Below are positions 26,869 to 39,611 of a DNA stretch of 64,000 nucleotides, piece by piece. The stretch is from positions 115,444,001 to 115,508,000 of the forward strand of contig OX597817.1 of assembly GCA_951406725.2 (NCBI GenBank), given 5' to 3'. Positions within the stretch are counted from its first letter, which is position 1. Each line of letters opens with the position of its first letter. The translations under genes and the position numbers were made by a program. The stretch is from Octopus vulgaris. Taxonomy: Eukaryota. The notes beneath the pieces are model-generated. The model was not told where the DNA came from and did no database searches. It saw only the letters and a list, made by a program, of their open reading frames with translations.

Positions 26869-26875
<7 letters not shown>
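26718..26875. mobile_element. Head-to-head inverted pair of short tRNA-derived SINE heads
   Basis: Arms 26718-26792 and 26801-26875, each reading tggcgtagt(g/c)gttaag.gcgcggg.tactaa...gagttcga. The right copy runs into (AAT)n. Confidence 0.8.
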
Positions 26876-26938
<63 letters not shown>

Positions 26939-26942
<4 letters not shown>

Positions 26943-28720
26943 GGAAAATAAGCTATCTATTTTATATGGATGATTTAAAACTATAAACAGGAAAATAAGC
27001 CATCTATTTTATATGGATAATTTAAAGCTATGTGGCAAAAATGATGAAGAGCTTGAAGGATTATTACATACCGTGAACGGATTCAATGTTGATATCAGGA
27101 TGGAGTTTGGCCTTGAAAAATGTGCCAAAGCCACTTTTAAGAAAGGGAAATTGGTAAAGTCTAGTTCAATCGAATTAGATGTCGAAACAGTAATAAAGGG
27201 ACTTGAGCAGGAACAAACCTATAAATACCTAGGAATAAATGAAGGCTCTGGTATCCAGCATGCAAGCATGGAAGAGCAGGTTGGGAAGGAATGTTACAGA
27301 AGAGTTCGAGCAGTCCTGAAGTCTGGTGTTATCCATAAATTCCTTAGCAGTACCAGTTGTACTTTATAGCTTCTATGTGCTTAACTGGAATACCAGTGAA
27401 ATAACGAAAATTGACAAAAAAATCCGCAAGCTACTGACTTGTAATAAGATGCACCATCCAAAGGCAGACATGGATCGCCTTTACCTTCCCAGAGCTCAGG
27501 GAGGTGGAGGTTTGATCCAGCTTGAACTTACATACAAAGCCACCACAATCGGACTGGCCAAATACCTTGAAGTAACCAACGATTGGATGCTAAAAGTTGT
27601 TGAAAAACATGAAAAACCGAAAAAAACTTCACTCTATTCTCAAAGAGAGCAAAAAATTCGCCGCTGATCGATCTCTTAGATACCCACCAAATTGATCAGG
27701 CTGAAGGAAATGCGCCAACAGCAACTGCAAAGAAAATAAAATTAATTGCAAAGACAAAAACACATGAAAATTTAGCTAGCAGATAGGAACAGAAACTTCT
27801 CCATGGCAAGTATGTGGCCCGTAGCAAACAAGATGATGTCGACCGGAAACACACGCACCAATGGCTACGAAGCTCAGGGCTAAAAGCAGAGAGTGAAGGT
27901 TTCATATTAGCTGCTCAAGACCAAAGCTTATTAACCCGGAACTACCAAGCCAATTTTGATAAAAAATGGACCTGACCCTAAATGCCGATTCTGTAACGAT
28001 GAGATTGAAACAATAGACCACCTAATCTCAGGGTGTAGAGTCTTAGCACCTGCAGAATATAAAGCAAGACATGACAGAGTCGGCCAGTATTTACGTTGGA
28101 CAATATGTCGGTATTATAAAATCAAAACCGCTGACAAATGGTATAAACACCATCCTGAAGCTGTGACTGAGGGAGAAAATGTGTCGATTCCATGGGACTT
28201 CCCCGTACAGACCGACAAGACTATAAAAGCTAAGAAACCGGTTATTATTATAAAAGATCAGACAAAACAGGATGTGTTTATTAATTGACATGAGTATCCC
28301 TTGCGATCACAATATAGCGTCGAAAGAATGTGACAAGATTAGCAAATATAAAGACCTGCTAATAGAAATTGAAAAAAATGTGGCATCTCAAGGCGACTAC
28401 AGTACCAGTAATTGTAGGATCTCTAGGAATGATAAAAAAAGGTACTGAAACCTACTTGAAAATTATTCCAGGCTTACCATCCCTACAGGAAGTGCTAAAA
28501 ATCGTATTAACTGGAACGGCTCATGTACTGAGAAAAGCATTATCGCTGTGAAAACAACATCCATCCATGAATTTATTTATTTATTAACTTTTAAATACAT
28601 ATTTTATCTGTGAATTTGGGTGTGTAATCTGGGAATGCATATAATGAGCTTCTCTGCCCTAGGTGTATGGAAAACATCCGGCGAGAAACGGAAGAAAATT
28701 TGAAGAAAGAAGGAAAAAAC
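26939..28720 (+). mobile_element. R4/Dong-clade RLE LINE, 5'-truncated, inserted in (AAT)n
   Basis: YMD(D/N)LKL, FGLEKCA, YKYLGI, HHPKAD.DRLYLPR..GG.GL, CRFC...ETIDHLISGC, RHD, RLE region. (AAT)n at 26873-26940 and 28721-28770. Frameshifted. Confidence 0.92.
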
Positions 28721-28772
<52 letters not shown>

Positions 28773-29552
28773 GGCGGCTGGACGTGACAGAGGATGGACG
28801 TATTTTTACGATGCTCTGAACTGGCAACAGCGAACCCAGCAGGTCAACTGTAGAAAACTGGAAGATCTACTGTTTACTGTAAGTAATTTGAATTACCCTC
28901 AAAATAAGTAAAAAAAAAACTTACATATCTACAGCTCATACAAACGTACACCTAACAAGAAAAATTAGAAACATAAATATCTCCAATTCTGTGTGAACAT
29001 TTACATTTAGTCGTCTCTCATGACTATAAGAATGTGTAAAATTGCCTTTTAAATTACCTTTTATTGTAACAACACAATTAAATGCACGATAAAAAGTTAT
29101 GGAATTAAGCACCTACTACTATATACATACAACTGAATTCAGAAATTTAAAAATATATACATAACATTGAACTCAGAAAGTTATTTAAAAAAAGAAAAAA
29201 AAATCTTCAACGAAAACATCAGATAATATGTGTGAGTGAATATACATATATATACATATACATATGCATGTGGTGAAGAAGAAAAGAGAAAGGAAAAAAA
29301 AAAAATAAATAAATAAACGTAAACAGGTTTGACCTTTTACTGACCATTAACGTCCTTTGTCTCCACCATCTACCGTGGCTATTTATAGACCCAAAGAACA
29401 TGAATTCTTTAACCACCCATTCTCCAACACAATGGAGTGTTGATGGTGGCTGTGGCTACACATAAAACAATGTCATTGAAGATGATGATGGTGATGGTGA
29501 TGTTGCTGATGATGGTGATGGTGGTGAAGATGATAGTAATAACAATAATAAC

Positions 29553-32500
29553 TGACAGATCCCGTCTTTTTCCCTTTCTTTTCGTTTCCTTCTCCGTATT
29601 TTATTCTCATTATTTCGAACTAATACAGACACAGTAAGCCTTGAAGAAAGGAAGAGGAGGAAAGGAAAAAAAAAAAAAAATGTCCGGAGATAAAACTATC
29701 AACAAAAAAAAATACAGACGAATATAGATCTGCTAGTCTTAAGAAGCGGCGCTATGAGCAATGCTTACACGTAGTGAACCCTAAACTGACAGATTCATCT
29801 CCTAATATAAGAATGGATGCTCGTCATGCTTCAAGGTCAACAAATCAAACAATAAACCGCAATGGTCATTGCGCGGATTACAAAAGACCATGTACCCGAA
29901 AATTGAACCAAATCCTGATTGAAAAATCAGTTACTGGATCAAATCTTCCCAACACACAGGAGCTGGACGAACCCCACAACCGGAATATTCCAACAGATGG
30001 CCATCCATGATCATCACCAAATAATCAAAAGAAAAAGAAGGAAAAATGGTCTAGGGAAGATAATAAAGAAGTTCTTGAGGCCTTCTACCATGCCATATAT
30101 TTCCCCACAGATAAGTCTAGCACTGTACAAGCATACTTAAACTGGAGACAGAAACACCCTGAAGTAAGACCCTACATAGACAGTAACAAGCTTGCCAATG
30201 TTAGAAGAAACATTATAAAAAAGAAATTACTGACTGAAGTAGAGATTGACCAGGTTAGACAAGCAACATCGGATAAAATGAACGAAGCTGCAGCTGGAGA
30301 AGATAATACAGAGGAAATGATTATAGACCAGCCCAGGGCGGATAAAAACGAAGAGAGGATTGAAAGAGTTAGTATAAGTGATAGGCAAAGTGAAATACGC
30401 CCTGAACCAATCATAAACACTAAGACAGATGAGCATCAAATAGATAAAGAAAGTCACACAAATATTGACCCAACAGAACTACATGAGCTAAAAAATCAAA
30501 TCATGATTGAATGGCTGAAAATTAAAGAAACCAGCATGGATGAGCGTGATACACTTCCTAAAATCCGCAACTCTAACCAAAACATGAAAATAATTGGTAA
30601 AATCCGGCTTGCACTTAAGGATATAATTTCAGTTAATGATGTTGATATCACAAACCTCAACCACCTATACTATGCATCCGCGAAAATCTCAACGATCCTA
30701 TGTGGTGTAAAGATTAGAAAACGGCAACAGTCCCACAAAAAGCCTTCTTGGCAAGAGCGTCTGCAACAACAAATTAAAATATTTAGATCTGACATTGAAT
30801 ATTTGAAAAACCTTAAGGCTCACAAGATTACCAAACCTACAAAAACCCAAAAATTACTGAAAAAATACAATATGAAAACTATACTTGATATTGATGCCAC
30901 CATAGAAACCATCAAACAAAAGGTATCTGCCAAAGCTGCCCGCATAGCGAGGTATGAAAAGCGTGTTAGATTTTTCAAGGACAACAACATGTTCAAAAAT
31001 AACACCAAGAATTTTTACAGGAAGATAGGAAAAACAGCGTTTACTGCAGGGTCTGTACCATCAAAAGAAGAAGTGCAGAGATTTTGGAATAAAATCTGGG
31101 CAGAAGAAAAAACACACAACGAAAAGGCCCCTGGATTGACAGAATATCTACAGAACTGGACCCCTTAGAAGAGCAAAAGTGGGAGGGTGTCAAGGTAGAA
31201 GATATAAGATCTGCTCTCAGGAGGTCAAGCAAATGGAAGTCTCCAGGAAAGGATAAAATTCCTAACTTCTGGCTGAATGCCTTCCCAGAGAGCCATGAAC
31301 TGCTAACAGAACTGTACAATGATGTTTTGCAACACCCTAGTAGGATGCCTCCTTGGCTAGTTAATGGGTTAACATTCCTGCTTCCAAAAAGTGAAGAAAC
31401 AAATGAACCAAAAAACTATAGACCCATAACTTGCTTAACAACTATGTACAAAACACTAACATCTGTCCTGACGGAATATACCTATAGTTTTTTAACAGAC
31501 AGCAGCATATTCCCTAATGAACAGAAAGGATGTAAACGTGGATCCTACGGCTGTAAAGACCAACTACTCATCAATAAGATGATCTTAGAAGATTGTCACA
31601 AACGACACAAAAACTTATCAATAGCCTGGATAGACTATAAAAAGGCTTTTGATAGCCTACCACATAGCTGGATTAGGAAATGCCTTGAAATGTATAAGAT
31701 AGCACCAACTCTGCGAAACTTCTTGACTGTAAGTATGAGATCATGGAGAACCACACTAACTCTGAACAGTGACAGTGAATCCCTAAATGCTGGTGATGTA
31801 AAAATTTCGTGTGGCATTTTTCCAGGGTGACTCACTGTCACCACTCCTCTTTTGTTTATCCTTAATACCTTTCTCAAAGCTGCTCAATGACGCGCAGTAC
31901 GGGTATAAAATGTTTGATAAAAATATAAATCATCTCGTTTACATGGATGATTTAAAGCTTTTTGCAAAAAATGATCAACAACTCAAGGGCTTACTAGCGA
32001 TAGTCAAACAATTCAGTGACGACATCAGAATGCAATTCGGCCTCGATAAATGTGCAAAGGCTACCTTTATCAAAGGAAAAATAACAGAAACATCTAACGT
32101 TAACCTTGACCAACAGAATGTCATAAAAGAACTAGACCCAGCGGAGAGCTACAAGTACCTAGGGATAATTGAAGGGAACGGAATAAGGCATTCAGAGATG
32201 AAGGAAAGGATCAGGAGAGAATGCTATCGAAGAATGAGAGCAATACTCAAGACAGAGCTGAATGCAAGAAACAGGATCGAAGCAATCAATGCATTAGCTA
32301 TACCAGTCGTGACTTACAGTTTCAATATTGTTAACTGGTCAATTACTGAAATATGTCAGCTCGACAGAAAAATAAGGAAACTGTTGACAATGCATAGAAT
32401 GCACCACCCTAAGGCAGATACAGAACGACTCTATCTGCCAAGAAAAGAGGGAGGCCGTGGTCTTTTGCAACTGGCAATAACAATGAAGATTGCTACAATT

Positions 32501-33720
32501 GGCCTAGACACCTACCTGAAAAACTCTGAGGACTGGATGCTAAAACTTGTCTCAAAACATGAAAACAAGAAAGCATCATACTCAGTCACAAAACAGGCAA
32601 AGGAATATCTAAGTGAACTCCGAATACAACCAATTTCGGAATTAGAGATAGATATACAAGAAACAAGCACAGAAAAAGCTAGGCGCATGAAAACCCGTGC
32701 CAAAACTGCGGCCTTAGATATTCTGAATAATAAATGGCAAGAAAAACCTCTCTATGGCAAATACCCAAAGAGAGCGAATAATGCAGATATCGACAAAGCC
32801 CTGACCCATCAATGGCTAATGGCCTCTGGCTTAAAATCTGAAACAGAGGGGTTTATCATAGCAGCTCAAGATCAATGCCTACCAACAAGAAACTACCAGG
32901 CCAACATATTAAAGATCAGAAGCAGTCCAACGTGTCGTGTATGCAAGCAACAAAATGAAACCATTGTCCATGTGGTCTCCAAGTGCAGTCTTCTAGCGCC
33001 TACAGAGTATCTCAACAGGCACGATAGAGCTGCACAATATATTCACTGGGTAATCTGTAAAAACCTGGATTTGCCCCATGAAAAAAACTGGTGGGAACAT
33101 AAACCACCCCCAGTGCTTGAAAATGACCACATCTCACTCCTCTGGAACTTCACCATTCAAACTGACAGGAAGATAGATGCAAATAGGCCAGACATCATAT
33201 TGAAAAACTTCAAACAAAGAACATGCCTCCTCATTGATATGACTGTCCCAATCGATATAAACGTATCTGTCAAGACCTACCAAAAACTGAGCAAATATAA
33301 AGATCTTGAAATAGAAATCAGCAAAATGTGGAAGCTGAAGACTAAAACAATACCTGTTGTCATAGGTGCCCTGGGAATGATAGCAAAAGGGGCTGATAGC
33401 TACCTAACTCAGATACCAGGAAACCCAAAAATGGCAGAAGTTCAAAAGATAGTGCTCATGGGAACTGCTCATATCCTACGCAAAATACTCTCTATGTAAT
33501 CTCAAGGTTTAAAACAAACATAATTTTCGGTTTAAAAAAAAAAAAAAAAAAAAACTTTTTTTTTTCTTTTTAGACATTCATTAGTACAACATCCCCACCC
33601 CCAAATATATGGCACACTAGGCATAACAACAACATGAACTTCCAACCCTGTTGTCTCTTGAGGTCTCTGGGTGAGACTTGGAGCCAACTTGTACAAATAT
33701 AAAGCAAAAGTCAAACATAG
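29553..33720 (+). mobile_element. R4/Dong-clade RLE LINE, apparently full length
   Basis: Begins after an AAT/AAC-rich tract and ends at (AAT)n. Single long ORF with RT, CCHC and PD-(D/E)xK-type endonuclease. The 5' boundary is approximate. Confidence 0.92.
29814..33499 (+). pseudogene. Dong/R4 polyprotein (RT + zinc finger + restriction-like endonuclease); 1 in-frame TGA and 2 frameshifts
   Basis: KWSREDN N-terminal motif; KSPGKD; NYRPITCL; WIDYKKAFDS; QGDSLSP; YMDDLKL; CRVC...HVVSKC; RHD; NRPDII...IDMTVP...KLSKY. Lesions at 30008, ~31128 and ~31820. Confidence 0.9.
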
Positions 33721-33789
33721 AATAATAATAATAATATCGTAAAATACCTTAGGAAGGGGAACTTAGTACAGTGGTGGTGCTCCAAGCAT

Positions 33790-34872
33790 TTCATGAAGTT
33801 CCAATGTTAGAACCCAAACATGATTATATCCGGGACTCTCGTCACAGCCTCATTCTTCTAGGTGTCTTACAACCGACTATCCCTGGGGTTCTTCTTCAGC
33901 TTGGAGGACAACCAAAACTCACAGGGAGCGACGTCTTGACTGTAGGGTGGATGAGGGCCAGTGTGATGCTCATCTCTGAGAAATAGTTGGTTACTACAGT
34001 GAAATTCTGGAAGGGAACATTGTCCTAGTGAAAGTGCCTTCGACTCAAGTAGAGGCGTTTGGGCTCTTTGTAACGAAATTTCTTCCTGAACTCAATCAAA
34101 ACCTCTACAAAGTAATCATTGTTACCGTGCAATCATTTGGAACGCAGTGAAGGAAGATGATGACATTGCTGTCGTAAAAGTTGAACATCATGATCTTCCG
34201 GGTGGACTTGATTTGCCTGGCTTCTATGGTTTTGGCGGTGCCAGGATGCTTCTAGTGGGTATTATGTCTCCTCGCCTCCAGATCATTATAAAAGATGCAG
34301 CGCCTTTATAACAGGTCATCAGAGACTCATGAACGCATTGATTGGATGTAATTAAATCAACCATCTTCTTGCTGTCACCAACGCATCACTCCTCCTGTTT
34401 TTCGCTGAGGACCCTGGGAACGAACTTTGCACAAGTTTGGTGCATGTTTAGATCTCCATGAATAATTCTGTGTATGGTTGCTACACCAAATTCAAACTAT
34501 ACGCAATTCGTCCTTATATACACGCGTCAGTCTTCATCCAAAAAATTGCGACAGTTATCTATCAGCATTAATGTTATGAGGTCATCTTACCTACTCTCTA
34601 CCGTCCTTGAACCACTTGTGCCAGCAGAAAACAGATGCTCGTCTCATACAAGTTAATCCTTATGTAGTCTGGAACATTTCATAAGCTTCTGTAATGTTTT
34701 TACCCAGTTTAACACAAAACCTTATTGCATAGCGGATTACCGGAGTGTCTTAACGTCACGATTGCATTCTATGAACTAGTCAGGTGTGACAATTGTTGCT
34801 TAGTAGGATGTATTTAAAGAATTATTCAATCTGGTGTTAAAAAAAACTGGAGAACATCTTCAGCTCATTATA
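33790..34872 (-). pseudogene. Mariner (DD34D-type) transposon relic
   Basis: Minus-strand remnants ARQIKSTRKIMMF..YDS, YFVEVLIEFRKKFR, HFH*DNVP..VVTNYFSEM are colinear with mariner transposases. Heavily decayed. Confidence 0.7.
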
Positions 34873-35240
34873 ACTGCTTGTACTGAAAACGTCTCAAACC
34901 TTCTGGAATGTACCTCGTGCATATATGTATATATATGTTTGTGTGTTTGTGTGTGTGTCTGTGTGTATATGCGTGTGCATGCATGTGTGTGTATAAAAGT
35001 ATATGTATGTATTTGTATATACGTATTTACACATACGCATACGCATGTATAATTACACATTACGCATACGCATGTATAATCATATACACACACACATATA
35101 TATATATATATAAATATATTTATACACACACACATATATAGATATATACACACATGCATACATACATATATGTTATCTGTTTGTGCAACTGTGGGTTTAC
35201 GTATATTTGTACATATACACACATGTATATATATATATAT

Positions 35241-35814
35241 ACATAATGGAGGAGATAAAATTTCAAAATGGATTATATTTTTTATTTTTCATGTTGCTAT
35301 ACAATTTGTTTCATACAAAAAGACTCATATACTTAATAGAAACTAGTAATAGTCATATTTGTATTCGTCGGTAGCTAGTATAAAAGCTAAAAAACCCTTT
35401 ATAAGTACATAGATTTTCTCTTATCATATTGGATTAATATGTTCGTTCTTGCAGTCATGCCTGTTTAAAACAAGACTAAAAAGTATATAAGTGGATGCTA
35501 GTATATGCAATATCAAAAAGAAAACTGGCATTCTCTATTTTTAATATTACGTAAACTAGCACCCACTTAAATATTTTTTAGTGTTGTTTTAAATAGGCAT
35601 GACTGCAAGAGCGAATACAGTAATCCAATATTATAATTAAGAGAAAATCTATATATTTCTAACGTCTTTTGTTTAGTTTTTATACTACCGACGAGTTCAG
35701 ATATGACTATTACGATTTTCTATTATGAATATCTGAGTCTTTTTGTATGAAACAACTTGTATAGCAGCATGAAAAATATAATCCATTTTAACATCTAATA
35801 TCTCCTTCGTTACA
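35241..35814. mobile_element. Fold-back element, ~280-bp arms (35241-35520 and 35537-35814), each arm carrying a hammerhead motif
   Basis: The arms are diverged reverse complements (e.g. cttgcagtcatgcctgtttaaaacaa / ttgttttaaataggcatgactgcaag). TA-rich flanks. Confidence 0.9.
35296..35375 (-). ncRNA. Type I hammerhead ribozyme motif (CCGACGA core, long stem II)
   Basis: Minus strand gcta CCGACGA atacaaa...tttgtat GAAA caa-a-tt GTA tagc. A more decayed mirror copy lies at 35685-35765 (+). Confidence 0.65.
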
Positions 35815-36009
35815 TAAATATGAATGAATTTATTCAACTGTGTTTAATAAGTTAAATCATGTACTGATTATTTTTCTACAAGTTTTCTTAGCTATCCAAA
35901 TTTATATAACTAAATTCAAAAGCGAAGTATGAAGAAGCGATATTAGAAATCTTTGGAAATTATTCCAATAAAAGGACGGCTTCACAGTCATCCGATAAGA
36001 ATATATATG

Positions 36010-36052
<43 letters not shown>

Positions 36053-36057
<5 letters not shown>

Positions 36058-36640
36058 GTAAATAAATTATTACCTTTGTATGGTATTTTTCCCATGCTGG
36101 CCACTTGATAATATCGATATTTAAATATCGTTATTATCCTTATTAATAAATTTATAAAATTCGTCAGTATATTCACCGGTATTTATTTTGATCATATCGT
36201 ACTTATGGGGTGTTTTGGGCGGGCAATTTAACTGGCCTTGTACATACGTGGATATATATGTATGTATGGACGTTCGTATATGTAAATATAAGGTTTGTTC
36301 TGCATATATTTATTTGTATTTATGTGCCTATCTGATATATTCAACTGACGAGGCAAAGCTTATTTAAAGCAAAGCTAGAAATCCAGGATCTTGAATTATT
36401 CATTAATATTTTTTGCTAGTCTATTTTGTCCCTCTGTCTTATCTCATGGTGCGATATGAACATTTAACATGATTCTTAGAGTCAGGGTTTTGACTGCTAT
36501 TTCGGCATGGTGGTGTCTCTCAGACACCCTTATTTTTAGTTGTAAAAAAAATTATTACCTTTGTATGGTATTTTTCCCATGCTGGCCACTTGATAATATC
36601 GATATTTATATATCGATATTATCCTTATTTACAAATTTAT
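36053..36640 (+). mobile_element. ~484-nt hammerhead-bearing unit with ~92-bp terminal direct repeat
   Basis: 36053-36144 is repeated at 36537-36629. The HHR lies between the repeats. (TA)n flanks. Confidence 0.75.
36339..36396 (+). ncRNA. Type I hammerhead ribozyme with intact core
   Basis: attcaa CTGACGA ggc-aaa-gctt-attta-aagc-aaa-gct-a GAAA tcc-a-gg ATC ttgaat. Perfect 6-bp stem I, palindromic stem III, AUC triplet. Confidence 0.8.
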
Positions 36641-36732
36641 ATATATATATATTTATATATATATATACATACTTATACATACAACTTTATATATACACAA
36701 CACGGAGAAACACATTAATACGCAGGAAAAGA

Positions 36733-36885
36733 GTACTTGTTTATTAAACTCTTAGAAGCAAAAGGGTGAGAGTAACTTCAAAATTTCGGCATGCTAGCAG
36801 CCGCCCGACCTTCTGACGAAGGCTAACAAACTGATGTCTCGAAGTCGCTGTTACCCCTCTTCTTGTAACAGCTTAACAAATGCAC
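36733..36885. repeat. Diverged inverted repeat with CTGACGA in the loop (decayed HHR fold-back)
   Basis: Arms 36733-36802 and 36821-36885; CTGACGAagg at 36813. The reverse complement of the left arm retains gccGAAA. Confidence 0.6.
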
Positions 36886-36896
36886 ACATACTTGAA

Positions 36897-36980
<84 letters not shown>

Positions 36981-36995
36981 CATCTATCTATCTAT
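36897..36995. repeat. (TATC)n microsatellite
   Basis: Direct reading. Confidence 0.95.
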
Positions 36996-39611
36996 TATTC
37001 TCGGCGTATGGAATATCTTAATATAAATAAGCGCACGTAGATTAATACAGAAATTTTATATGATCATGTGTCTCAATATGGCGAGTTTGTCTGCTCTGCT
37101 TCTTTCATACATATAAATACATTTACCTTCATTATTAGAAGCAAAAATGCATAAAAAATATGACAAGTTTAGTTCAGTTTCTTTCATTTACAAATCACCG
37201 TACATGAAAACCTAATTACACAACTGCTATAGAAATCAAATAATAAAAAAGCTAACTGATTTATATATCTGGAAAATATACTATTATAATTTATCTTAGA
37301 GAAAAACTATACTTTATACATTGATGTATTAGAAATAAATATAATACTATTCGATGCGATTTTTACGTGAAATACATATATATTTGTGAATCCCTAATTC
37401 GTCAACGGATTGTGTATGCATGACATATATAAGGAAAACGTTATAGATGGTATTCTATATAATAGTGACAGTTTTAATAATGAAATGTTAGATATTTTTA
37501 AAGTCAACAACTATATATCAAAATAAATATCCAATCTATTTATGCAGCCCTTTCCCACTCTGCACACGCTCAGAAGTAACCAACTTAACAAATACAGTCG
37601 CAAAGTGGAACACACTAACAAGCAAACCTAGCGGCAGTCACACAAATACAAACAGAGAGGAATACATAGAAATGTATGTATGTGTGTATGCCTATAGGTA
37701 TGCATGCATGTATGTAAATAAATAAATAAATGAATATATATCTGTATATATAAGTAAGTATGTGTGCATTGTGCGAGCGTATATGTGCGTATATGTGCAT
37801 GTCTGTGTGAGGGAGAGATAGAAGTCTTCCAAGCATTGTATAAAATATCCTTTAACATGTTTCAGAAGAGAGAATTAAATATCTTTTGAATTTGATTTAT
37901 TATTAAATAAGCTAAATTTAACACGCTCGCTTGCAAATGCACACGCACGCATATAAGAATTCATACACTCTTTCACATGCACGAGCACAAACACAAACAA
38001 ACATACAAGCAGTATCCATTTCTCTATAATAAAGTATCTACTTCTGAAGTTTGAAGATGTACTGATATTTAAACATATAAAGTATCAAACGCATAGTAGC
38101 ATGAATGATCTCCCTCCCCTCTCTTTCACACACACACACACATTTTCGGTGATAAATAGGCTATGGATATTGTATAGCTCTGATACCATCGTATCAGTTT
38201 TGTATATCGTATTACTGTATTCTTGAAATAAATCGAATTGTCATTTCATCGACGTGTCTGTTTTATGAATACTGATGAACTCCAAAATACTAAAATTTAA
38301 AGGTATTTCATTCATACATAACAGAAATATTCGTCTGTTGAATTCACATATAATTTTTCCGTTTATAAATTCAATAAAATTAAATATTATCAATTATAGT
38401 AGTTTTTACTAGCTAGTCAGCAGTCATTCTTTGGTACCAACTTCAAGACTATTTGAAGACTCTCAAAAATCATAAGTTTGCCAGGAACTATATTTTGTAA
38501 ATGTTTTATAAGATGCAATGCTAGTTGACCATGGCATAAGATGGTCAAGTTTCAACGGAATTAAAAAATAGCATAAGTTCTACTGTGTAGCCATACATAA
38601 ATATGCATGCCCTTTTGGAGTTCTCAATATCGATTGGAAGCGTTGAATGGTCGTCAGAACAGAGGGCGTGTCTTACGCACTTTAAACCTGGTTGTTTGAA
38701 TCCAACCGATTCATGCCAGGGAGGAAGAGGGGGAAATGTGAAGAGAAAAATCAGCTTCAGAACTAGACTTCCTTTATCGAAAGGATGGAAATTAAAGTTG
38801 ATTTCTGCGGGATATGGATTCAGTGGGCAACTAGCCACAATAAAAATTACTAAACATTTTATCCTATATTCTAATCAGCGAGCCATCTGATCCCACACAC
38901 ACACCACACACCACACGTAGATACAGATGCACACACACATAGATACGCATTGATACAGACGTACACACACACATACACCCACATTCTCAGAAATAAAGCA
39001 AAGCGAAAGAAAACTTATAAACAAGAATCCAAGTTAGAAATTTTAGAGTTACATATTTCCGGAAAAACTGTTAAAGTTTCAACGAAAGTTCTTTGGGATT
39101 AAGCTATTGAGTATATTGGAACATTTCTCTTGACGTAGCTCCATGGCTTTAAGGTATCATTAATAGGTTAAGGTCAGTCGTATTCTAACAAAAAAGCAAA
39201 AGGATTATTGGTATAAAGTACATCAGAGACTGAAGAGTAAGAGATGACTTCGTAGACTAATAGTTTGTTCAGCTGATAATTTTCTAGGTCAACTTTATTC
39301 AAAGGTAATGCTATGTCACATCACATTTCAAACAGGGAATCTGATAACATCAATTTATCATTCTTCCAAGACCTGTGAAGACCCAAGTCGTATCTTTATT
39401 TGGAAGTGGGAATCCAAGTGGATCTTTGTTTATCATCGGAGAATTTTGGACTAGTGTTTGATTTTCAAAATCAACTTATGCAGGTAAATCACTAAATTAT
39501 GTTACTAAATGACGACATAATACAGTAATAAAACATTCCAAATTAGCAAAACAGCTAATAATAGATCGTGGTAAAACAAATATAGGATGAACAATTGTTC
39601 AACTAAATATA

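Noticed and set aside
26801-26875. Functional tRNA gene (apparent ACT anticodon)
   Set aside because: Acceptor and T stems are poorly paired, it occurs as a diverged inverted pair and it has an AAT tail; it is SINE-derived.
29553-29700. Self-cleaving ribozyme (HDV-like or HHR) in the Dong 5'UTR
   Set aside because: Only a loose pyrimidine/purine fold-back and a CTTGAAGA fragment are visible; I could not build the required pseudoknot or core.
38264-38345. CTGATGA...GAAA hammerhead-like spacing
   Set aside because: No stem II closure and no consistent stem I/III; likely chance.
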